A stretch of DNA of 62,600 nt, filler included, from Rhabdomonas costata (Eukaryota), in assembly GCA_019059605.1 (NCBI GenBank). It is 30 parts of 30 records of this genome, joined end to end, with 100 filler letters (N's around TTAATTAATTAA, not from the genome) between each part and the next. Parts side by side here need not be neighbours in the genome. Positions count along the whole stretch, not along the records: positions 10,496 to 12,494 come from JAHMHO010006574.1; positions 12,595 to 14,591 come from JAHMHO010006575.1; positions 14,692 to 16,690 come from JAHMHO010006576.1; positions 16,791 to 18,789 come from JAHMHO010006577.1; positions 18,890 to 20,885 come from JAHMHO010006578.1; positions 20,986 to 22,983 come from JAHMHO010006579.1; 24 more parts are not named here. One strand, given 5' to 3'. Under the pieces are notes generated by a model that did no database searches, had not been told where the DNA came from, and saw nothing but the letters and a program-made list of their open reading frames with translations. A program made the translations under genes and the position numbers. Position 1 is the first letter of the stretch. Every line of letters starts with the position of its first letter. Shown here in pieces: positions 10,496 through 22,949 of the stretch.

Positions 10496-11770
10496 GGTGG
10501 GTGGTGGAACGAGACTAGCTCCAGAGCCAGCTGGGCATGCCCCGAAGTGGCTTGCTGCGCGGCCTGGACAGTCCGAGGATCCACGGGCCGGCTCTGGATC
10601 CGGTTCAGAGGAATGATCGTCACCCGGCTGAGCGGAGACACAAGAGACCAACATGAAGAAAGCACTGACAGGTCGAAGTAGGTCTAACACGCCCACAGCG
10701 ATATACCGCCTGACGTTGAGAATTGCGTGGAGGGCCTCGAATAGTAATTTTCAGACGTTCAACGCAAACACACCCTTCACCCCCAATCCCACCCAGAAGC
10801 ATGAGCGCACTTCTTCAGTTGGCCGCGGTCGAGGAGGGCCTTCCCGGTCTGCTCCGTGTCAACGACCACGTTGTACAGACGACCCCCGGCAACGACCTCC
10901 ACAGCGGTGGTGTAGCCCTGCTCGGGAACCCGCACCAGCTTTGCCACAATGCCCTTTACCGAGGATCGGTCAAACCCCGCCTGGAAAGGCAATCACCATC
11001 AATAAGAGTTCTCAGACCCAACTGGTTTGCTTGGACAGGCACAGGACAAAAAAAGGTGTGAAGCAAGCAAAAAAACAACTCAGCAAATCGGGCCTCCTTC
11101 AATGCACAAGATTTGGATTTCCCGCTCAACTCCAACGCGATGGATGATCGATGGCAATCTATTTAGCACGGAGAATATGTGCACGGCCCACTCAAGTGGG
11201 AAAGGGATGGTGCATACGTGAGGGGACTTGAACTCAAAATCCAGCCGCGCCAGCTGGCTCTCCAGCTCGGCGGCCTGCTGCGCGACCTCCCGGACTTTCT
11301 TGTTCACGGCGTCGGTCTTTGAGAGGAACGAATAGAGAACATGGGACATGGCGGAAACGACGAGAGAGACCGGAAATTCTAAAAAGGACTCCAGAACTGG
11401 AACCAGAGCTCACTCTTCTGGATGCGAGCCAAAAAGTCATAGCGCAAATGGAAAAGGATTTCCGATGCGCAGTAACGCCAACAGTGGGAAAGAAGTGGTT
11501 GCCATTTAACATAATATCAAATAATATCAATAACATAATATCAAATGCTGAAACTGAATGGAATGGTGAGGCTTCAGTGTGGTGTGGGTAGTAGCAGGTG
11601 TAGTGGACGTGCCTGGGCCTGCAACGCCCTCTCCGCCTCCGGATCAAACGCCGTGGCCTGCGCGGCGGCCTGGAGAGCGTCCAGCTCGGGCTGTAGCGCT
11701 TCCAGCCTGGCTTGAAGCTGGGCGTACTGGGCATCCTGGGTGCCCGCCGCGGCCTGCTTCTCCTTCAGAG
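10496..11770 (-). CDS. SMC2: Condensin subunit SMC2, coiled-coil plus hinge, four exons (partial)
   Basis: Exons are 11770-11613, 11316-11218, 10980-10811 (FDRSSVKGIVAKLV...AVEVVAGGRLYNVVVDTEQTGKALLDRGQLK) and 10627-10496 (RVTIIPLNRIQ). This is the diagnostic SMC2 hinge sequence. Confidence 0.95.
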
Positions 11771-13579
11771 CTGTGCAAACCCCAAACGCCTCTTGCCCAG
11801 AGCAAAACAGTTTCGAGTTATTTCAGGTCTCCACTGGCACCAAAAGCAGCACATCTGTCGACAAATGGAAGCGCACACCCACCAATCCAGATCGAATTAA
11901 CACATAACCAGATAAATATGTGCAACATCACAACCGCGTCAGCCCCGCCTTTCCGGAAATAACAAACATCCTAATCTAAAGGCGTGGGGGCAGGCGGGGA
12001 GTCCTGCCCTGTTGTCTCGGATGAGCCGGCACCCCACGTGCTACAAGAGCCCTGAATGGCCCTCCGTGCGAGCACCCAAGCTGCGCGCCCTGTGTTAGGG
12101 CAGGCTTTCGTTCCATCATTTCTTGGACACGTGTGTATCACCTTTTCCGTTTTTTCATCGCACAAACGCATAAACAAACGCAAACAAGCAACCACTTAGT
12201 CAACCAAAAAAACCCTCATCAAGATATCATCGTTACTATTTTCGAAATGAGAAATTGTTATCTCCAGGGTAAAAGAAAAACAGCACACTCTTGGCATAGC
12301 AAGAAGAAAGAATTGAGAGAGAGTGAGAGCTGCACTGCCGACAGGGCAGGCCAAAAAGTAGCACAAAGCGATGCCTTTCTGCAAATGGGCTACGCGAAGC
12401 CCCGAGGACTTCAGTTCGGCTTTGGCTTGGGTTGCCTTCCGGGTCCACTCTGCAGGTGAATGAATGAAAGAGGTATTGCAAAAGAAACAAAAACNNNNNN
12501 NNNNNNNNNNNNNNNNNNNNNNNNNNNNNNNNNNNNNNTTAATTAATTAANNNNNNNNNNNNNNNNNNNNNNNNNNNNNNNNNNNNNNNNNNNNTTTTGT
12601 TGGGGATATATATTAGGGATATATTAGGAATTATCAGGGATTATTATTATTATAAGGTGTGCTTTGTGTGTATTTGAAAATGGGAGAAAAACAACAGGAA
12701 CAATGTACTCTTCTGCTTCGAAACAAGCGCAAGAGCTTGTGAGAGTGCGCGTGAAGCTCAAGAACGGAGGCACTTGGGTGCGCTGTGACACGTCCGTAAA
12801 AACCGATATTCTGTAGCCGATGCTCATACAGCGGTTGAAAGCTTAGCGTTCTCGCTGGGGAAGAAGTTTTTGATTGAAATCTTGTGATCTGAGAGGGAAA
12901 ATCATTGTCAACACAAAAGAAGCAGCAGACAGTGAGGAAACCAATGGACGGAAAGTGGCCGGGGGTGGGGGCGCAGGTAATACCCCTAGTGGGGTGTGTC
13001 GTTGCGGCCCGCTTGCGGGTTGGGATGGGTGGCGGTGCTGCGGGGATGGAAGCGGGCGACCTTGGGCCCGCCGCTGTGGCCCTTCTGGGCAGGCTTACCC
13101 ATCTCCCTGAGGGGGGAGCCTCGGGGCAGCGCTGGGAAGCGCTTTTGGAGCTTCTGCTGACCTTGGGACAGGTCCTTGGCTTCCGCGTGTTGCACGGCCT
13201 TCGCTTCGAGAGTTCCCGTGAACACGTTTCTTTTCTGTGGCAACCGTCTTCATATTCTGGCATACACTCCTCGCCGCTTGTGATGGCTTCTCTGTTTTTA
13301 AGGGTGCTCCTGTGTCCAAGGATCTTTTCTGGATCATGTTAAACCACCCACCAGAACCTCATATCAAAGTTTAGATTGTGTTGTTTATTGGATTAAGGGA
13401 TTTGCCCACTCTCCAACTTATGAGACATTTCGATTCCAGTTGGGTTGCAGAGCGTCAAGTACTTTTCTCATCTGGAGAAGGGGTGGGGGCAAACCTCAGT
13501 TGCTGTGTCAGTTCATATCTATGCGATCATTTCTGCACTCCAGAGTTGCGCCCCCCCCCCCGTCCGCTTCTGTGTGCAG

Positions 13580-14542
13580 GTTGGTCCTGCTGCACAAGAG
13601 GCGACCAGCTCCTTCGTGTGCACAACGATACAGGTGCACTCCCTGTTCACTGTTGTCATGTCCTCGCGTGAGGTTGTTACAGTATATGACAGCATTTGAC
13701 TACTTTGGTGCTGCTTCTTTTTTTCTGGTCTCCACGCCTCCGCCTGTTTTGTCCCGCAGGCGTTACAAGGCAAGACGTGCCCCGAGGATGGCGCCTTGCT
13801 TCTGTTGTACGGTTAGCCTGTTGGGGGAGGGGTGTTCGTACCGAATTCCTATGGAATTGTCTGGGTCTCGGTCATCTAGCAGTTCAGGTGCGGGCTATGT
13901 AAATGGGAGGCAGGAGAGCGATATTTATGCCACAGACAGAGTGCCAGTCATCATACAGCCCATAAGTGGGGGGGGGGGGACAAAGTCCCCAAGCAACCTA
14001 TCAGCACCTCACTATGCTTGGGCATGCGAATGGCGTCCATGGAGCAGCGTTGGATGCAATGGTTGTTGATGTCAGGTTTTCTATTATCCCGCGTAACCCC
14101 TTCGCCCGCTTGGCATCCACCTATCGGAGACGTTTGTATCGCAACAACGATAGAAAGAATAGAATTAAATGAAAACGCCAGTACACAGAAGAAGCGTGAA
14201 AGAGAAACATCAGCTGTCGCGTCTTTGCTTCCTTTGTTCGGTTCCACTATCCTTCGAGTATGCGATGCAACAAACACGTTTGTACATGTGGTGCACGTGT
14301 GAAGAAAACCATCTCATTGGTTTTGTTGTTTGTGTTGTAGTATGTGTGTCTTATGCTCCTTTAAAGAGCTTCTACGCAGGGATCCCAGCCTGCTTCCTCA
14401 GAAGGCGGGGACCCTTCGCCAAAACCTCGTACCTGGAGCGCTGCGAGAGCACATCACCAGTAGCAACAAGGGTGGCGCCCAGGTCCAACTGGTGAGATGC
14501 CTGTTGCTGAACTCCCTGGCCCACCTCCTGGGGGAAGAGTCG
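13580..14542 (+). CDS. Hypothetical protein, three internal exons
   Basis: AG/GT-bounded, phase-consistent exons 13580-13633, 13760-13806 and 14380-14542 join into one open frame (VGPAAQEA...DGALLLLDPSLLPQKAG...LAHLLGEES). No family recognised. Confidence 0.5.
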
Positions 14543-15266
14543 GTACTCTATTTCTGCGCTTCGGATAGATTGGCATCCCGTAACCACCACCNNNNNNNNN
14601 NNNNNNNNNNNNNNNNNNNNNNNNNNNNNNNNNNNTTAATTAATTAANNNNNNNNNNNNNNNNNNNNNNNNNNNNNNNNNNNNNNNNNNNNGGGGGTTTG
14701 TTTGCCAACCTACTGGAAATCTCGAGAAATGACTGCCCTACCTATGTTTCGAAGCTGCGATGTATCTAGCGAGCTTCACAAAGAGACCGATTCTCGGTCT
14801 TGGACTTGGTGTTTCTTGGAGAGGCTGCGCCGTATGTGATGCTTTCCGGCAAATAAAGGGTACACGGGTAAACAAGCGCGGTGCAAGGTTGGAGGTGTAG
14901 AACACTTTACATACACTTTACATACCGCACCGTGCTCTTGAGGCTGCTCTGTTGTTGTCATGTCCTTGTGTTCAGGACAAACTTGTCCTTCAATCCGAGT
15001 TTCGGGACATGATGTTTGCGCATCCTCCTAAGTGTGGAAAGTGCTTTGCAACCACTATCACGGGCTTTTCGATCCTTTCAATCGGCATGGATAAAGATTG
15101 TTGAAAAGATTTCCACTATCTTGGGAAATTTGAAAAGGAATTTTAAAAAAAGAATGGAAAAAAGCTGTGGTCCCTGTGCAAGGCAGCTTTGGGGGAAGAT
15201 GAGCGCGTAGGGCTATGTGTGAATGCGTGCGAGTGGGTTTCGGTTGGATACGTATTTTCCCCTCAG

Positions 15267-15581
15267 GTTCGGACCTTCCTGCAGCACCGGTACGAGGTGG
15301 AGCGGGGCCCATGGGCTGGCGAGGACCTCAGCAAGGATCGGGGGCCCCTACCCTTGCTCACCCCCAAAGCCCCGCAGCAGAACAATGCCTTTGACTGTGG
15401 GCTGTACGTGATCCAGTTTGCCGACCTAGCGGCTGGTGACACCGAGGCCGCGGCGAGCCCACCCTCCCAGTGGGTGACCCCAGCTCAGGCCACAGAGCTG
15501 CGGAGTGTGCTGCAGAAGCGGCTGCTTAGGGTGCTCCCCCCGGACGTTCGGGAACTTGTCGAGGAGGCCCGGGGGTCCTGA
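15267..15581 (+). CDS. Ulp1/SENP (C48) SUMO/NEDD8-type protease, terminal exon
   Basis: After a CAG acceptor it reads VRTFLQHRYEVE...APQQNNAFDCGLYVIQF...W...R...*. It contains the catalytic PQQxNxxDCG motif. Confidence 0.88.
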   Translation, partial: VRTFLQHRYEVERGPWAGEDLSKDRGPLPLLTPKAPQQNNAFDCGLYVIQFADLAAGDTEAAASPPSQWVTPAQATELRSVLQKRLLRVLPPDVRELVEEARGS

Positions 15582-16495
15582 GAAAACAAAACAATTACGC
15601 AATGACTGCTTGTGGTTTTTACACGGAAGCAGGAGGAAGCGTGTGTTGTGCTGTTTGGAATACCTTCCTTCTGGGCTTCAGGTAGGAGCCGTGGATTCTG
15701 GGTCTTTTTTGAAGATGTGTGAGGAGGGGTGGCTCCCAGTACCGGTGATTCGGCGTTAACAAAAACTACCCTCCCTCCTGTGTTTGCACCGCACTGCCAA
15801 TCGTTAAGCTTCCTTTTTTTCCAGTCTCCAACTTCCGCAGCCCATCACCACACCCAGCAAACGGGATGTTAGCAGCACTGCTATTTTTGGCCTTTTCCCT
15901 TCGAAGAGAAAGGAACACTTGCCCAGCGTTGCGTTTGCCGTATATGACACCTGGGTGGATGGGTACCTGCCACGCTCACTCACGCACACCATGCCACTTC
16001 ACAGCAGTGGGTGGGTCGCTGAGGTGAAGCTGCTAAGCCACAAGCCTCAGTGCAGATTTGCTCAGGACAACAATCTGCTGGCCACGTCCAAAAAATTCCT
16101 CCGGACGTTGTGGATCTCAAAGACATGCATATGAGACATGCATATGCGCCCATCAACCCTCCTCGGTTGTATTGCACGTTTGCCTCTGTGGGTTCCTACC
16201 TGAGAAACTGGAGCGAATGTGCAAGGCGCCTGACGGAAGGTCTTCTCTCCGTGCCAATGTTGTCACCGAGGGCATTTTTCTGACGAGGCGGAAGCTACCT
16301 TCAGGTCAGGTCAAAAGCACATTGATACAACGTTGGGACGCTGGGAGTTGCAAGACTTGGTATTCCCTTCAATTTTTGTCCGATAAGCTGGTCTTCACCC
16401 ACCACACCTTCGGGAGCCATGACTAGATGGGAAAGTTTCTCCCTCCCTCCACAAACGCCGAATGCCGCGGACAGGTTTTTGTTTTGCTGTTTGTG

Positions 16496-16684
16496 TACAG
16501 TGCGACTGTTCTTTCCTCTTTCTACTCCACCGTTGCTTTCTTTTGAAACGCTCTTTTCGCTGACTACCTCAAAGCGGCTAGCCTCGCCTGTCCCTACAGT
16601 ACAGTTGTTGAGGTAGTCAGCGAAAAGATCGTTTCAAAAGAAAGCAACGGTGTAGTAGAAAGAGGAAAGAACAGTCGCACTGTA
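16496..16684. repeat. Inverted repeat, 77-bp arms with a 35-nt loop, at fragment end
   Basis: 16496-16572 is the reverse complement of 16608-16684 with 2 mismatches. Confidence 0.95.
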
Positions 16685-17799
16685 ACCAAANNNNNNNNNN
16701 NNNNNNNNNNNNNNNNNNNNNNNNNNNNNNNNNNTTAATTAATTAANNNNNNNNNNNNNNNNNNNNNNNNNNNNNNNNNNNNNNNNNNNNTTTGTGCCAT
16801 AGCTCCCTTTGAATGCCAAGGAGGAAGCAGGTTAGCGGACATTTGATGGCAGAGTAGCATTGGAATTGCATTGGGATAAATGGTGGGAATCCACTTTGGT
16901 CCCAAGAGAAAACAGATGGCAACAGAAACTGGTTTCGAGGGACTAAACGTCTGCAGCAAATTTACCACAGGCAGCAGCTATGTTTGGGAATGTAAGTAGT
17001 TTTGTTTGGAAAAGCGGAACAGTAAAAGCAAGCTCTCGCCATGAACAATCTTGCAGAGCATTTGTAGGTCGGCAATCCTATAAATTCCAAAGGAATGCGA
17101 CTCTATATTATAATTTGCCACGATCTACATATGACTTCTTGAATTGAGATGTTCGAAAGTGGTATGCTAACATACGGTGCACTATTTCGGATGCTCTTTT
17201 ACATGCCTCCACATCCTCGGAAAGAAGTGGCAACGCTTGATCAAGGTGACGGTCCTGTTGATGCTCCAGTTTCTGAAGTAATTGAGTAGTGGTTGAAAAC
17301 GATGATTCACTCGATTCTGTTATGGGTGGCGAGGATATTTTAGCGCCTGCCCATGAGTCTTCCATGTGTGCATTGTGCATCATGCTCAGAGTGTACGCAA
17401 CTACATTAGAATTTCATTGGATGTGGTTGGTCGAGATTCCTAATTATCTCGCTAGATCATTAGGTAAAGATGATGTTCTTGCTATATTGACAACTGCTCG
17501 ACACGTATGACATGGTCTTCCGGTACTCACACGTGGTGCTGGTTTTGATTTAATGTGGTTGGTGTGTCTTCTTGTCATGTTAATTAGAGCAAAAAGCATT
17601 GTGATCAAATGTACTCCGAATGGTGTTATTCCGCGTTGCTTCCCACCAAGTGGTAACATGAGTTGATTTTCCATACCATATTCATGTCTTCTCAATGGTG
17701 ACCTGAGTTTAGCACGAGCTCTTTTTGCTGCAAACAATTGCTTAACGCCTCTGGCTGTACTTCTGGTGCATCACTCTTGTTGGGGTTATGTACAGTCCC

Positions 17800-18789
17800 A
17801 ATTGATCTTCGAAGCTGCGAGGTTAGCGGATGCTGGAGGACCCAACTAGTCTCAGAAGATTGCTGCTCTCCGCCACAGTCCGCGGATGGCATGCAAAGAC
17901 AAGCGCCCTGGACCGCCTCCTGCGCAAGCGGTTTCTTTGATGGCATGCAGGGGATATCCTCGTACTGTGGAATAACACCGTGCTGGTATGGAGGAGGAAA
18001 GGCAACCAGCCCAGGGCCGAAGTCACCCAGATAGCCGCCACGTTCAGGAAGGAAGCGCAATGGGTGGACAAAGGCCGTCCGGGTATGAGATACAGAATGC
18101 TTTGCTCCCGAGGGACCGTCGACGTCCGCCGGAATCTGGACAAGATCCGGGCCCTCTTCCACAAAAGGGACGATCCCGTTGAGCAACCTACACACGTTAG
18201 CTGAGAAGTCACCGGGGACAACGCAGACAAGCTGATACACCGACTTGTCCCGGGCACCGCACCCTGACCGTATGGTCTAATGGCAAAACACTTCCACCAG
18301 ATAGCCAATAGCATCCTGGGCAACATCCAGGACGAGCTCGTGAGCATGGTCCCTCAGTTTATTGCAACGGCAGCTGGCGGTCACTGGCCCGCAGATCTCG
18401 CGCAATGGTTTGGATCCGGACGTCTGGCACCATTGCGGAATATTAGGCCCACTGTTGCGCTCGAGACGCTTCACTCGCTAGTGTCACACGTTGTACTTCA
18501 TCAATCCGAGGAATCAATTGCGGAGTTTCTCCACGATAATCAGCTGGGCATAACGCCATGGTCTAATGGAGCCAATAAAACGATCTACAAGGAGACCCAC
18601 TGTCGCCCCCACTCTTCTGTATTGCCAGAGCGCCAATTATCCGTTGCCTAGGCATGGAAGTAGCTGGCCTGGACCGGAACCTATGGTACATGGACGACGG
18701 GGTGCTCAACGCCGAACCAAGAGGAGTAGAACGCGCTTTTCTATACCTCAAGGAGCTTCTCCACACTATCGGGCTGGACACCAACAACA
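17800..18789 (+). mobile_element. Degenerate non-LTR retrotransposon reverse transcriptase (CRE-like clade)
   Basis: Motifs in order: RKRFL*WHAGDILVLW; TAP*PYGL (APGPSG); FGSGRLAPL..IRPTVALETL (IRPIAVGE); FL..NQLGI; QGDPLSPPLF (18588); WYMDDG (YMDD at 18687-18698); IGLDTN. There are in-frame stops and a frame change, and the DFxNAFN block is missing. Confidence 0.85.
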
Positions 18790-18942
18790 NNNNNNNNNNN
18801 NNNNNNNNNNNNNNNNNNNNNNNNNNNNNNNNNTTAATTAATTAANNNNNNNNNNNNNNNNNNNNNNNNNNNNNNNNNNNNNNNNNNNNAGGGGGGTTGT
18901 TGTTTCTCTTTATGAATGCTGATGTGCCCCACATTTTTAGAG

Positions 18943-20054
18943 CTTCTTCAGGACTTTAGCCTTCCTTTCTGCGGCGGCCAATATTTGTTTACTTGGTTCA
19001 CTTTCATTTTTTTCGCTTTACTTCCATTTTCTATTTTCTGTGCCGATACCCGCCCATCCAAGACACCACCATGCTTTCTCTGGTGTAAAAAAAAACAGCG
19101 CTGAAGAATTGCAGTGGTCAGTATTACTACGAGCGCTGCGGGTTTTTTCACATGCAGCAGTTCTTGGCGAGGGTTGGATCCGGCACTTGAGCATTGGGCT
19201 GGACAATTCCTTTGGACTGGGGAGGGATTCAGGAAAACATTTCTGTCCAACATCCTAATTGGGACTCTTTTTGACTAGCAGAGTCTCGCTCACCGGCTCC
19301 ACTTTTTGTCTTGTGGTGGCAGCGAACGGCATGCCGAGGCCATCCCATGCTTCACCAACGCCATCAAGCTGAAGCCCAACACCGCCACGTGCATCCACGA
19401 GCGGGCAAAGTCCTACCAGAACGTCGGAAAGTATGCCGAGGCGATCCAAGACTTCACCACAGTCATCCGCCTGCAGCCCACCAACGCCCACGCCTTCTTC
19501 AGGACTTTAGCCTTCCTTACTGCGGCGGCCAATATTTGTTTACTTGGTTCACTTTCATTTTTTTCGCTTTACTTCCATTTTCTATTTTCTGTGCCGATAC
19601 CCGCCCATCCAAGACACCACCATGCTTTCTCTGGTGTAAAAAAAAACAGCGCTGAAGAATTGCAGTGGTCAGTATTACTACGAGCGCTGCGGGTTTTTTC
19701 ACATGCAGCAGTTCTTGGCGAGGGTTGGATCCGGCACTTGAGCATTGGGCTGGACAATTCCTTTGGACTGGGGAGGGATTCAGGAAAACATTTCTGTCCA
19801 ACATCCTAATTGGGACTCTTTTTGACTAGCAGAGTCTCGCTCACCGGCTCCACTTTTTGTCTTGTGGTGGCAGCGAACGGCATGCCGAGGCCATCCCATG
19901 CTTCACCAACGCCATCAAGCTGAAGCCCAACACCGCCACGTGCATCCACGAGCGGGCAAAGTCCTACCAGAACGTCGGAAAGTATGCCGAGGCGATCCAA
20001 GACTTCACCACAGTCATCCGCCTGCAGCCCACCAACGCCCACGCCTTCTTCAGG
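18943..20054 (+). repeat. 551-bp tandem duplication bounded by the 10-bp microhomology CTTCTTCAGG
   Basis: CTTCTTCAGG occurs at 18943, 19494 and 20045. The two units are near-identical, with one visible difference (CTTTCTG versus CTTACTG). Confidence 0.95.
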
Positions 20055-20885
20055 TACTTCGCCCGCTGCTGTTCTTCTTTTTCTTTCGCTTGCGCTCCGT
20101 GCAGACCGCATTTTTGGTCAATGTTGGCTAGAGTCTACTTTTGCCCCCTTCTTTTCTTATTTCTTGTTTCTCTCTGTTTTGCTCCTGTCGTCATGCATCC
20201 GGTCACCCCGCCCATTGCTTGGCTGCCCGTCTCCCTTCTCTTCGCTTCGCTTGTCGTTCTTTGCAGGCGTGCATTTGCCTACAAATCTGTGGGGAAGTTT
20301 GAGGAGGCCGCCGAGGACTTCGAGCAGGTGGACTGCAGAATATATGGCTTTCGCTGCTTCGATTTCCCTGCGTGCCTCGGCGTTTTTGTTGAGTGAAGAC
20401 GATTTCCGCAGCGTTTTTTAGCCCGCACGCGCACAAAACACGTGCGTGGTATGCTTGCGCCCTTCCGCATCGCAGGCGCGCAGCTTGGACCCACTAAACC
20501 CCAACCTCGTGGTGAACGGACTCGAGCTTGATTTTGATGGGCTGGAGTTCCTATACAAGCAGCGTTTGCTTCCCCAGACTATTGTCGTGCTCGACCCCCA
20601 AAAGCCCAAGCCCACTGATGAAGAAGCAGAGGAGCAGGACGAAGACGACAACGAGCAGGATGCCAAACCCGAAGAAGAAGAAGAAGAAAGGAGGAGGAGC
20701 TGCCTCCCGGGACTAAGCCCTATCCCTTTGAGCTGAGAAACGGGAAGCTCTACCGGCGGTTAATCAAGTGGTTCCTTGCTCGTATCACAGCGGAGGAAGA
20801 GGAAGAAGAGGCTCCGCCTGCTGAGGGCGATGAGGAACCCGCTGAGGGCGCGGAGACATCTACGCAAGAAGCCGTCCCAAACACC
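19874..20885 (+). CDS. TPR-repeat protein (partial), with acidic tail
   Basis: Exons are 19874-20053 (HAEAIPCFTNAIKLKP...YAEAIQDFTTVIRLQPTNAHAFF), 20267-20327 (RRAFAYKSVGKFEEAAEDFEQ) and 20476-end (ARSLDPLNP...). A probable +1 indel lies in the GAA run near 20690. A duplicate of the first exon at 19323-19502 lacks its GT donor. Confidence 0.85.
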
Positions 20886-21251
20886 NNNNNNNNNNNNNNN
20901 NNNNNNNNNNNNNNNNNNNNNNNNNNNNNTTAATTAATTAANNNNNNNNNNNNNNNNNNNNNNNNNNNNNNNNNNNNNNNNNNNNGGGTTGGGGTCAAAG
21001 GGGCCTTTTCCCGTGCATGTTTTTGGCTTGGACTGTGTTCTCACTTTTGACCTGACGTGGAGCATATAAAGTGTTTTCTCAGCACAACTTCTGCACCCCA
21101 GCTGCTATTCATGCATTAGTCCGTTCCTGCTGTACGAGCACAAGTGTGACAGCCCATTGGTAACTGTCCCACACGCAGGAAAGGGGATGTCCACCGGACC
21201 ACCACCCGTACCCTCCCTCTCTGCTCCCTCTCGCTTCCTTGTCTTGTCCAG

Positions 21252-22949
21252 AAACTGCACTCCCTGACCGCCAATATGGCATATTCGGAGAACTGCCTCG
21301 CCCGCGTCGCTGTTTGCAACCAGAAGCTGGAGCGCTGGTGCATGTCCGCCGAGGACCCGGAATTCGTATGACCCAGCGCCTGTTCTTCTTGGCCGCAAAC
21401 CGCCAGCCGCAAACCTTCCAAAAACATGCTTTGCACCCCGCAGCCTCCATCCAGGATTTTGGCCGCTTGTTTCCGTCATATGAGCAAGAGAGCGATTTTT
21501 TGGTTAAGCACAGGGAGCAGGCATTACATGACATTGCAATCACAAAAAAAACGACAACGTGGAAGCAACCGAATATGCGCAGAGCCTCGGAGAAAAGGGG
21601 AGAAATGGGCAAATAAGTCGCCATACACTCAAACCACTTTAAAGGAGTGGGATAGGGACGACAAAAAGAGTGAATTAATGAGGAAGATAAACGTTCATAA
21701 CCAGTCGTTCTCTATCTTGTTTTCTCCCGCCTTGCTCACCAGTGTAAATAATTGCATGGCCTTTCCTACGGACCCTGAACACCCTGCGGACCCTTGTGCG
21801 CAACTGCGGTGATCTTCTGCTGTATGGATCGCAGGTGATACCGTGGCAATTTTTAAAAGTGGGCGGGAAGTGCGCGCATGAGCTTGATGTTAGCGTTTTC
21901 CTCGCGCTGTTGAAGGGGCGGAGGGCGATGGATGCATTTCAGGGTCCCAAGTCGCTCGTGGATACCTTCCCGGCGATGCTGCCGCCCAAGGACGACGTGA
22001 ATGTCTCCATCGAAGAGCACTTTGCGACCATTCGTGGGCTAGAGCGTAAGATGGCTCTCAAAGACAAGGTTAGTATGCAGGGAGGGGGACACTTGTTTGT
22101 TGTCGGAATCGGCGCCTCTACAGGGGGGTCCGGAACCTGTGCTGACTCCGGAGGGGCGATGGTTATTGTAATTGGCATCTGTCTGCAGACGATTTGGGAT
22201 TTGGGTTCTTGTGTTCTTTTTGCAAGAATTTCTTGGGGCCTCTGCCCTCCTCGGAAAGACCCTCTGTGTGTTCATGTCTTAAACTTACCATTGCGGTCCA
22301 TACTCCCTTCGTTCCCTACCCGTCTCCTAGGTTTGTCAGTGTCAGGGTTTGTCGCGTTATGTTGCCCGCGCCACCTTAAAAGTGAGTTTTTCAGATTTAA
22401 TCTAATGGCGGCGTTTTTACTTTACAAGCGACATTTCCCAGGAAAAAAGTGTTTGTTGGGAGCAGGTATCTTTTCAAACGGCGCATTGAAAAGGCGACAT
22501 AGCGGCATGGTGTTTTCTGATGGCGCGCGACTTTGTGGGGTGCTTCAGGAATTATTTGGCCTTTTTTGACATTAAAACGACCTTATGAGGGACATCACAT
22601 CTCGCCTTTGAGGTCCCATGGACAGTTTTTGCAGAATTATTGCTTCGGCTATAACTCTCACTTTTGACATGACGCGATGCAGGCACCCACCATTGGCTGG
22701 CATACATGGACCCATTGGCGTACATATATGGCGTACATATGCATATACTTGACCCCCCCCCCCCTTTTGTCTTCGGCCTGCAGGAGTTCAAGGAGCTTTT
22801 GGTGGAGATGGACCTTTTGAACGAGCAGTTCAACAACCACCAGCAGGAGCTGAAGGAGAAGGACAGCGACCGGGAAGAGGTGGTGCAACTGCTGCTGAAG
22901 CTGCACAAGGCCGTCCGTGGCTTCTTCGCGCTGGTGAAGACTCAAGGCG
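21252..22949 (+). CDS. Hypothetical coiled-coil protein, three exons
   Basis: Phase-consistent AG/GT exons 21252-21365, 21943-22068 and 22784-22949 (EFKELLVEMDLLNEQFNNHQQELKEKD...). GC3 is high. Confidence 0.7.
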
